This document shows positions 26,136 to 33,525 of a stretch of 33,525 nucleotides of DNA, piece after piece (within the stretch, counting starts at the first letter, position 1; each line of letters begins with the position of its first letter). The stretch is from IMG/VR virus record IMGVR_UViG_2756170196_000002, positions 1 through 33,525 of that record. The stretch is one strand, 5' to 3'. The DNA is from a virus. The position numbers and the translations under genes were made by a program. The notes under the pieces are model-generated. The model was not told the origin of the DNA. It ran no database searches and saw nothing but the letters and a program-made list of their open reading frames with translations.

Positions 26136-28967
26136 ATGGCTTTCACTCCAAGTGGTGATCAGGAGCTAGCGATCGAGATCACTGCAGAGGATAATGCATC
26201 TGCTGCGTTCGCTAGTGCTGAGAGTTCCGCTCTCGACATGAAGACTGCAGTAGCGGGAGCTGGTGCTGTCCTCGCAGGGGCTGGTGTCGCTGGGCTGGCT
26301 GGCGCAGCGAGCGCTGCTGCTGATTTCGAGAGCGCGATGGTAGAGGTTGAGAAGGTAACGAACCCGGAGACAGCGGAGGAAATGTCCGGTTCGATCCGGG
26401 AAATGGCCGAGACGATCCCCCTCGCTCAGAAAGAGCTTGCAGGGATCGCAGCCGACGCTGGCCGGTTCGGTGTCGAAGGGCCTGAGAACATCGAGAAGTT
26501 CACTGAAGCGACGGCGAAGATGGCCACTGCGACTGATATGAACACCCAGGAGGCTGGGCAAGCATTCGCGAAGCTTGCCGAACTAACTGGGACGCCTATC
26601 TCCGAAGTCGAGAACCTCGGTTCTGCCATCAACGAACTCTCGAATAACACTGCAACGAGTGCCCAGGAGATCTCCGACTCGATGATGCGCTCCGCTGGTG
26701 CGCTCTCCCAGATGGGGATGACTCAGACGGAGATCGCTGGGATGTCCGCAGCTCTGAACGAAGTGAGTGAATCCTCCGAGCGTGCCGGGACTCGAATGCG
26801 TCGTCTCGGACAGGAGATGATGAATCCGAAGAAGACAGAGGAACTGGCCTCTGCGCTCGGAATGACGAAAGAGGAGTTCAAGACGATGCGAGAGGAGGCC
26901 CCCGACGAGCTCATGCTCCAGATGGCGGAAGCCATGAAGAAGGGTGGGGACGAAGCAGACGCCCTCAAAAACTCCCTCTCGACGACGTCGAGGCAGGCCC
27001 TTACTGGAATGGCCCAAAACATCGATGGGACTCGAGAAGCCCTCGAGATGTCCAGTACGGCCTACGAGGAGAACACCTCCGTCCAAAAGGAGTTCAACGC
27101 TGCCTCTGACACCTTCAACAAGAAGCTTCAGACGCTGAAAAACCGTCTGACGAACATTGGCATCGTGATGGGGAGTCAGATTCTCCCTGTCCTCATCACT
27201 GCGATGGAGCGGGTGTCCCCGTTGATCGACTCGTTCGCCGAGATGAACGAGAAGATGAACGGGATGCCCGCTCTGATCACCACCCTGGGGGTTGCGCTTA
27301 CTGGACTTGGAGCGATCGCTGTCTCGGTTGGCCCCGCTATCGTCGGTGCACTCTCCCCGATCCTCGCTCCTGTTGCAGCCATCACGGCTGCTGTTGGAGC
27401 GCTCTACTACGCCTGGACGAACGATATCGGTGGAATCCAAGGGAAGACACAGGAAGCCTGGGATACTCTCAAACCGATTCTCATCGGTATCAAGGACACT
27501 CTGATGCAGGTGTTCGAGCAGTATGCGCTCCCGATGCTCAAACGCCTGCGACAGGTATGGGAGAACCAGTTCCAGGCTATTGTTGAGGAAGTCATCGAGA
27601 CGTTAGAAGTGATCTCGAATCGGATCCAACCCGTTCTCAACTTCCTCGAGTCGTTCTGGCAGTCCCACGGCGACTCCGTGATGACGATCGTCCAGACGGT
27701 GTTCGATGCGATTGAGCTCATCGTCACGACGGTTATGCGGTTGATCTCTACGCAGATCCAGATTGTCCTCAACATCATCCAGGGTGACTTCGATGAAGCT
27801 CTCAAACTTTGTCTGGACTTCTGGAAGACGACGTTCAACGAGATACTCTCCTTCCTCACTGGATCCTTCACGAAGGGGCTCAAGGCCGGATTGAAAGCAA
27901 TCTTCGGCTTCATCAAACAGATATTCGTAGGAATCTACAACTTCCTGATTGGAAATTCGATCGTCCGTGATACCTTCAACGAGATCATCTCGTTCATCAA
28001 GGGAACCTTCTTCAAGAAGCTGAAGACGCTCTTCACGTCGATCTTCAACTTCTATAAGACGATCTGGACGAAGATCTTCAACTTCTACGTCAGCACCTGG
28101 CAGTCGATCTTCACGCAGACGAAGAAGTTCCTCACGAAGGCCTGGAACTTTATCCGATCCACTCTCAACAAAATCTTCACCTTCTACAAGACGATCTGGA
28201 ATAAGATATTCAACTTCTACGTGGGAATCTGGACATCGATCTACAACAAGACGTCGAAATGGCTCGGAAAGGCGAAAAGTACCCTCCAAAACACCCTCAA
28301 ATCGACTGCTCGGTGGGTGAAAACCACCGGAAAATCCCTCCTCACAGGCGGATTTGAGGCCGTAAAAGACGCTATTTTAGGGGTATTTGACACCCTGAAA
28401 ACGGAGGCATTCGACACCATCGTCTCCCTTGGACAGGAGGTTCTCGACGAAATTCGGGAGATTATCTCCGATCTACAGGAAACCTTCAACGATGCGATCC
28501 CGGACGAACTGAACGTCCCTGAGATCACTGTCGGTGGAGGTGAGATCGACATCCCATCGAAGTCGGTTGATAAGCCGGATTGGCTCGGTGGTGGTAGTGT
28601 TAGTGTCGGTGGCGGAGATATCAATATTCCGAGTGAAGATGTTGGTGGCCAGTCCCTGGATATGCCCCAGCTGGCCGACGGTGGTATCGTCGATAGTACG
28701 ACGATCGCGATGATCGGTGAGGCCGGACAGGAGGCCGTTGTTCCGCTCCAGAAGCTGAGCAACTATCTGGACACGGCGTACGAAGTTGGCCGTCAGACAG
28801 CAACTGAGCCGGCCTACAACGAAAGTACTGGTTCCAGTTCCTCTTCGATCACTGCTCGACTCAAGATCGAGGGTGACGGCCAGCTCGCAGAGATCATTCG
28901 CGAACATGCTGAGCTCGTCGTCGAGGAGAACGAGGCAGAAAAGAGCGCCCGAATCAGCCGACTGTAG
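26136..28967 (+). CDS. Tape measure protein (TP901 family core)
   Basis: AADFESAMVEVEKV TP901 motif, 11-residue aromatic repeats, C-terminal LADGGIV...IGEAGQEAVVPL. Confidence 0.93.
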   Translation: MAFTPSGDQELAIEITAEDNASAAFASAESSALDMKTAVAGAGAVLAGAGVAGLAGAASAAADFESAMVEVEKVTNPETAEEMSGSIREMAETIPLAQKELAGIAADAGRFGVEGPENIEKFTEATAKMATATDMNTQEAGQAFAKLAELTGTPISEVENLGSAINELSNNTATSAQEISDSMMRSAGALSQMGMTQTEIAGMSAALNEVSESSERAGTRMRRLGQEMMNPKKTEELASALGMTKEEFKTMREEAPDELMLQMAEAMKKGGDEADALKNSLSTTSRQALTGMAQNIDGTREALEMSSTAYEENTSVQKEFNAASDTFNKKLQTLKNRLTNIGIVMGSQILPVLITAMERVSPLIDSFAEMNEKMNGMPALITTLGVALTGLGAIAVSVGPAIVGALSPILAPVAAITAAVGALYYAWTNDIGGIQGKTQEAWDTLKPILIGIKDTLMQVFEQYALPMLKRLRQVWENQFQAIVEEVIETLEVISNRIQPVLNFLESFWQSHGDSVMTIVQTVFDAIELIVTTVMRLISTQIQIVLNIIQGDFDEALKLCLDFWKTTFNEILSFLTGSFTKGLKAGLKAIFGFIKQIFVGIYNFLIGNSIVRDTFNEIISFIKGTFFKKLKTLFTSIFNFYKTIWTKIFNFYVSTWQSIFTQTKKFLTKAWNFIRSTLNKIFTFYKTIWNKIFNFYVGIWTSIYNKTSKWLGKAKSTLQNTLKSTARWVKTTGKSLLTGGFEAVKDAILGVFDTLKTEAFDTIVSLGQEVLDEIREIISDLQETFNDAIPDELNVPEITVGGGEIDIPSKSVDKPDWLGGGSVSVGGGDINIPSEDVGGQSLDMPQLADGGIVDSTTIAMIGEAGQEAVVPLQKLSNYLDTAYEVGRQTATEPAYNESTGSSSSSITARLKIEGDGQLAEIIREHAELVVEENEAEKSARISRL

Positions 28968-28994
28968 CGAACAACAACTCCAATTTTCCTAACT

Positions 28995-29453
28995 ATGACT
29001 GACGTTTCTTGGCAAGTTCATACAGATACGTCTGGAACCATCACTGTTCCAGGTGCAATCGGTGGCTCTCTGCCCTCGATTGGCGTCGGTGACGATGTGA
29101 GTCTCACGTTTATCACGGACTCCATTTCCGACTCCGACTTCGAGGTGCTTCGAGAGTACGTCCGATTCGCGAACGGTTCAACGACGAATACTGGCATCGA
29201 CATTCGAGGCAAACCGTGGTATCACGAGTCGATTCATCCGCAGTCTGACTTCAGTTCCCAGCTGATCAAACTCGAGCCGAGTACCGGTGTCACTGATGCT
29301 CGAACGTGGTGGGCTGTTATCACTGGAGCATCATATTCATCTACCACTGTGGGAACCGGCCGTCGGATTACGCTCGATCTCTTCATCCTAGCTGAGGCTT
29401 CTGACTACTCTGGACGACAGTACGTCGAAGAAGAATTCGAGGGAGGACTATGA
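28995..29453 (+). CDS. Distal tail (Dit-like) protein (probable)
   Basis: First gene after TMP, 152 aa, beta-rich. Assignment is positional. Confidence 0.5.
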   Translation: MTDVSWQVHTDTSGTITVPGAIGGSLPSIGVGDDVSLTFITDSISDSDFEVLREYVRFANGSTTNTGIDIRGKPWYHESIHPQSDFSSQLIKLEPSTGVTDARTWWAVITGASYSSTTVGTGRRITLDLFILAEASDYSGRQYVEEEFEGGL

Positions 29454-31663
29454 GCTATACACTGACTATTGGTGCTCCACTCGGAGGGAGCCCCGACTAC
29501 GAGATTACTCGATTCGACACGCTCGATATTACAGAGGGGGCCTCATCGATGGGCTCCTGGACGGCGACTCTCCCTACTGAGCAAGCATTCGACACCAATA
29601 TCTACAAATCTATCTGGATCTACTTCAACGGAGATCTCCTCTTCAGAGGTGAACTCGAGTCGTACGAGACTGACTACGATGGATCCACGACTACGATCGA
29701 CGGCCGAGGCCTCCTCGTCGAGCTCGATCGGAAGACGACGATCACCTCGTACAGTAACACCACTGTCTACGACGCGCTGAATGATTTCTGGGGGAATCTG
29801 AACTACGACGCGACAATTCTCCCCCCGAACCGTGTTCACTTCGATAAAACGTATATCTCGAACAACGATCATAAACACCTCTGGAGCTGGAATCCTGGGA
29901 ATCCACTTCAGACAGACGGCGTCTACGTCGAGCGTAATCGGCTCGTCTTCGATACGACGAATACTGTCCTCGACGATCAGGAGCCTGATTCTGGTGATCA
30001 GAAAAATACGTTCGTCACTGAGACGACTACCGATCGTGTTGGATTCATTGTCGTCACGGACGAGCCGATTAGTTGGCTCAGAGCCGGCGCCAAGCAAATG
30101 GAGAACCAATGGGATATTGTAGAGGAGCAGTGGGACGTCGAGGATCACACCCACCCGCAGCGCGTCCACACCTTCGATCTCACGTTCTCCAGTGCATCCT
30201 ACGATCAATTCCGTCCGATGCTCGAGAGTGGATCGGAGACGTTTGAAGTACTTCGGACTGAAGTCTTCGCTCCTGATCAGGACGGCTTCGTGACGATCGA
30301 CGACACTACCCTCGAGGGAACTACGTTCGAGGTTGCCCAGGAACTCCACGAGAAGGGATCCTACCAGTTCGCAGTTCGAGACTACGAGAACCGTGGTGTC
30401 GACGCGTTCCCTGTTGGTGCAACGAAGGGAGAGCCCGACTGGCGAATCACATCATCGACGCAGTCGAAGGACTACACCGACTACGCGAACAAAGTCACTG
30501 TCAAGGGTGCTGAGCTCGACGATGGTTCCTCGTACACTGCGACGGCCTCGCACCAAGACGAGATCGATCTGATGAACAGTCGAGGGGTAGGGGATGACGG
30601 TGTCATCGAGAAATTCGAGAAGTCCCTCGATCTTGAAACGCAGGCTGAGGTTGAGGATCGAGCAGACGGCCTCCTTGAGGAGTCGATCAACGAACGTGAC
30701 GAGTCAGGATCGCTCGAGATCGTCCCCGAGATGGTGATGCCGGGGTACTCCTACAACGTGAGTGCCTGGGGGGATGCGTTCCCGTATGGCTCTCAGATCG
30801 CCAGCAACTCCCTCTATTTGGATGGGAGTAGCCACGTCGACTTCAGCTACGAATTCTCCACTGAGGACGGAACGGATCACCCTGGAGACTACTGGACGTT
30901 CGAGTACCTGATCCGTCCAGAGGGGCTTCCCGATCTTGGAGACGAGGAGTACTACGTCATCCATAGTTTCGGTGATCAGGATTCGTCGAACTGTGAAGTT
31001 CGACTCTACGGTGATGGGAGCATTCAGCTCTTCGATCCCGATCAAACGTATCGGACTCGGACTGGCCCAGGAATCATCGATAACGATTACGGGCAGCGGT
31101 TATCTATCATCTGGGGGCCGTCTGTTGACTACCGAAAAATCCTCGTCAATGGCCAGGTAGAGTGGGAGGCTACTATGGATGGGTATGTGACTGATGTCCC
31201 CTACGGAATGTACAAAGAGAACCGCCTGGGGGCCGATATGAATGGATCCAACAACTTCGTTGGTGGACTCGACGATGTTCGGCTCTGGACGTCTGCAGAT
31301 AGCGTCCAGTCTGATCAATGGATTTTCGAGCACGCATTCGAAGATCTCGTCAAAACGGAAACCAACCTCGAGGCAGCTGGCGTCTACTATCGATTCGACG
31401 ACGACTCAGATACCTCGAAAGCACCTAACTTCGGTGCTGCTCAAGCGCCGTATTCTGTAGGAGCTGATGGGGGCTCTGGTGGAGGCTCCGCAGCGTCGAT
31501 CAACGGTGTACAGTACCAGGGAAACCGTGGCCAACTAGACGAGATTCAGTATTCACTCGGAAGTGGTGGAACGCTCTCCCTGGACTTCGATATCTCTGGG
31601 AGAATCGATACCGAGCTGATCCTCGCAAAGCGCGAAGTTCGGAGAACGAGGAGCGTTCTCTGA
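29450..31663 (+). CDS. Tail hub/baseplate-like protein with inserted LamG (concanavalin-like) domain
   Basis: Hub-type N-terminus (W..TL, I..NG.L.F.G.L, I.GRG); DY.NKV.V.G; LamG motifs SLYLDG, WTFEY.IRP, LVNG, F.GGLDDVRLW, YYRFDD. Confidence 0.75.
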   Translation: MSYTLTIGAPLGGSPDYEITRFDTLDITEGASSMGSWTATLPTEQAFDTNIYKSIWIYFNGDLLFRGELESYETDYDGSTTTIDGRGLLVELDRKTTITSYSNTTVYDALNDFWGNLNYDATILPPNRVHFDKTYISNNDHKHLWSWNPGNPLQTDGVYVERNRLVFDTTNTVLDDQEPDSGDQKNTFVTETTTDRVGFIVVTDEPISWLRAGAKQMENQWDIVEEQWDVEDHTHPQRVHTFDLTFSSASYDQFRPMLESGSETFEVLRTEVFAPDQDGFVTIDDTTLEGTTFEVAQELHEKGSYQFAVRDYENRGVDAFPVGATKGEPDWRITSSTQSKDYTDYANKVTVKGAELDDGSSYTATASHQDEIDLMNSRGVGDDGVIEKFEKSLDLETQAEVEDRADGLLEESINERDESGSLEIVPEMVMPGYSYNVSAWGDAFPYGSQIASNSLYLDGSSHVDFSYEFSTEDGTDHPGDYWTFEYLIRPEGLPDLGDEEYYVIHSFGDQDSSNCEVRLYGDGSIQLFDPDQTYRTRTGPGIIDNDYGQRLSIIWGPSVDYRKILVNGQVEWEATMDGYVTDVPYGMYKENRLGADMNGSNNFVGGLDDVRLWTSADSVQSDQWIFEHAFEDLVKTETNLEAAGVYYRFDDDSDTSKAPNFGAAQAPYSVGADGGSGGGSAASINGVQYQGNRGQLDEIQYSLGSGGTLSLDFDISGRIDTELILAKREVRRTRSVL

Positions 31664-31693
31664 GGAAACTACACCTACCCTTTGTCGCAGAGT

Positions 31694-32110
31694 ATGTCGA
31701 AAGTAGCCCTCCCTATTGGCCTCCTGGATACGATAATCGCTCTCATAGTAGGGACTATTACGGCGTTACTGGGTATCATCTACCGTCGTCTTAGAAACCG
31801 AATAGAGGGCCTTGAAGACGATCTGGAGGGGCTTAAGGACAAGAAGGACGAATTGGACAATGAACACGCAGAAACCCATCAGAAGCTCGATACTGTCTTT
31901 GCATGGGCTTTTGGCAACGATGAAGACAGTACTGATCGAGGTGTCTCTGGGGATATCGAAGTACGGTTCGACGAGCTCACTGAGGAGTTGGAGCAAATCA
32001 GGGAGCAACTCGACGATCGTCACGAGGAAATCCGTAACAAGATCGATCAGCTAATCAACGCTCTCCACGACGAGGAGTCCCTCGAGTTCGATCGAGACGA
32101 CATCGAGTGA
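31694..32110 (+). CDS. Membrane-anchored coiled-coil protein (holin/lysis-like candidate)
   Basis: N-terminal TM helix (LLDTIIALIVGTITALLGIIY) followed by RRLRNR and a coiled coil; last gene of the late operon. Confidence 0.55.
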   Translation: MSKVALPIGLLDTIIALIVGTITALLGIIYRRLRNRIEGLEDDLEGLKDKKDELDNEHAETHQKLDTVFAWAFGNDEDSTDRGVSGDIEVRFDELTEELEQIREQLDDRHEEIRNKIDQLINALHDEESLEFDRDDIE

Positions 32111-32322
32111 GTTCCAGAACTCCGTGGAGTAGAGGTTCGGAGGTGGGGGTAGAAACGGTGATTCTTTTCCTACTATAATATAGTTATACTCACTGAACTA
32201 TTTCTCAGGATACCTATTAAAGCTACCGGATGTTCGCAGTCGCTATTACTCCCCGATGACGCTCCTGATGGGATAGGAGTTGAGGGGAACCCAGTCAGTC
32301 TCGATTAGGGTTGTTACAGTTT

Positions 32323-32859
32323 TTATGGTTGTACCCCAGCCTTAGCGATATCTTCGAGTCGTAATCCTCCCCAGATGGTTATTATTGCGCCAATTAAAGA
32401 CAAAATACATCCAAAGCCAATATACAAATCTGACGTACCAATTAACCAATTAATATAAAGAAGAGTGAGGAGTGCTACAATTAGTCCGATAACACCAAAA
32501 ATAGTACCCTGATGCTTCGGTATAGCATTAAAAAATAGCATTGAAACGACAATAATTGAACCTAATAGTCCGAAATATCCGTATCCAACTTGCGCGCCTG
32601 TTGCGGATCCAAGAGGGTTTGTTGCCCAGGGGAAAGCTGCTGCCACAAACATAAATAGGGATCCTGTCAAGACAGTTAGCTCGTATTTATTCAGTGACGA
32701 TAAAAAGCCACTTTCTGTTTCGTCTGAGTTTGGTGCAGGAGAGTTCTGATTTGCCCCACACTCAGGACAGAACTTTGATTCCTCTTCGATTGATTCACCA
32801 CACTCCCTACAAAACGTTTGGTTATTAATTGTCTCCTCTTCTAGAGCCATGTGTTCCAC
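32323..32859 (-). CDS. Zinc-ribbon plus multi-TM accessory protein
   Basis: FCRECG...KFCPECG followed by about four hydrophobic helices; AT-rich. Confidence 0.75.
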   Translation of the reverse strand: MEHMALEEETINNQTFCRECGESIEEESKFCPECGANQNSPAPNSDETESGFLSSLNKYELTVLTGSLFMFVAAAFPWATNPLGSATGAQVGYGYFGLLGSIIVVSMLFFNAIPKHQGTIFGVIGLIVALLTLLYINWLIGTSDLYIGFGCILSLIGAIITIWGGLRLEDIAKAGVQP

Positions 32860-32931
32860 GGTTACTAGTCAGTACATATGAATTATTTGGCGGGAAGCAT
32901 AGTTACCGTCAGAATCATAAAAATAGAGATG

Positions 32932-33525
32932 CTATATAGAACCAAGCAAAACGTCGACACCATGATCAAGTCCAACTGCACCTAGTTGAAGAGCGATTTG
33001 AGGTTGATATTCTCGAGCCGTGTTGAGGAGTTGTTCTAGCTTAGATTTGTCGGGATCTTCCTTTCCAATCTCTTCAGTGAATTCTTCGACAATAGCCTTG
33101 AGCTCCTTCTTATCGTCATCAGGCATCATCTGATGGTTAATCATCTCGATGATGTTCTCCACCGATACGGATTGCTCCACCTGTTGATTTGCTTCAAAAT
33201 GAATAGTAGTGAAACTCTCGGCCGTGGATGGTTCGCGAAAGTCACTCGTATCGAGTTCTAGTACATCAGCTATTTTTAGACAGTTCTGTTTGATCTTTTG
33301 TACGAATTTCGGATGGACGCTTTTGACTCCCCATCCATCTACACTAATAGGATCAATATTTTGTATCACTTCGTTATCTTTATACTCATTCTGGTAGGAC
33401 TCAAGGAGATCATTAAACTCTTCTACTAATGTTACTCCAACCATCCTTGCATCACCTCGGTTTTGTGCCTCCTGTGACTCGTCAAATATTCGTTTTAGAG
33501 TCTTCGCTAGATACTCATCATCCAT
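32932..33525 (-). CDS. AT-rich hypothetical helical protein
   Basis: 197-aa acidic ORF with start at the window edge; function not recognised. Confidence 0.7.
   Translation of the reverse strand: MDDEYLAKTLKRIFDESQEAQNRGDARMVGVTLVEEFNDLLESYQNEYKDNEVIQNIDPISVDGWGVKSVHPKFVQKIKQNCLKIADVLELDTSDFREPSTAESFTTIHFEANQQVEQSVSVENIIEMINHQMMPDDDKKELKAIVEEFTEEIGKEDPDKSKLEQLLNTAREYQPQIALQLGAVGLDHGVDVLLGSI

Larger units (their letters stand above)
1..33525. mobile_element. Haloarchaeal siphovirus-like provirus or temperate virus genome (ends not visible)
   Basis: Integrase at the left edge plus a complete ordered head-tail module (terminases, portal, protease, MCP, tail tube, chaperone, tape measure). Proteome is very D/E-rich, as expected for Halobacteria. 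No att duplication seen inside the window. Confidence 0.9.

Noticed and set aside
32110-32322. attR or tRNA fragment after the late operon
   Set aside because: No tRNA T-arm/acceptor pattern and no repeat matching the left end; the att sites probably lie outside the window.

Overview
The window is a near-complete haloarchaeal tailed-virus genome, probably an integrated provirus of a Caudoviricetes siphovirus-like element (HK97-fold capsid, tape measure protein, no sheath gene seen). The proteins are strongly acidic and the backbone is GC-rich and CTCGAG-rich. Left to right: a tyrosine integrase (+); a leftward early block with a PD-(D/E)xK-like protein, a winged-helix protein, an NrS-1-type primase-polymerase without a helicase domain and AT-rich accessory genes; about 3 kb (5205-8240) with no convincing ORF but with inverted and direct repeats (candidate origin or regulatory region); an AT-rich nuclease cassette bracketed by a ~39-bp direct repeat; an HTH regulator and a divergent control region; then a rightward morphogenesis operon. 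That operon runs degenerate HNH, terS, 11-bp phased repeats, terL, portal, an adhesin/BppU-like block placed unusually before the head genes, protease-scaffold, MCP, head-tail joining genes, tail tube, chaperone with a lambda-type GGGAAAG -1 frameshift, tape measure, Dit-like protein, hub with a LamG insert and a membrane protein. Two AT-rich leftward accessory genes close the window. No att site, tRNA, CRISPR array, helicase or methyltransferase was recognised. All product calls come from motif recognition by eye; no searches were run.
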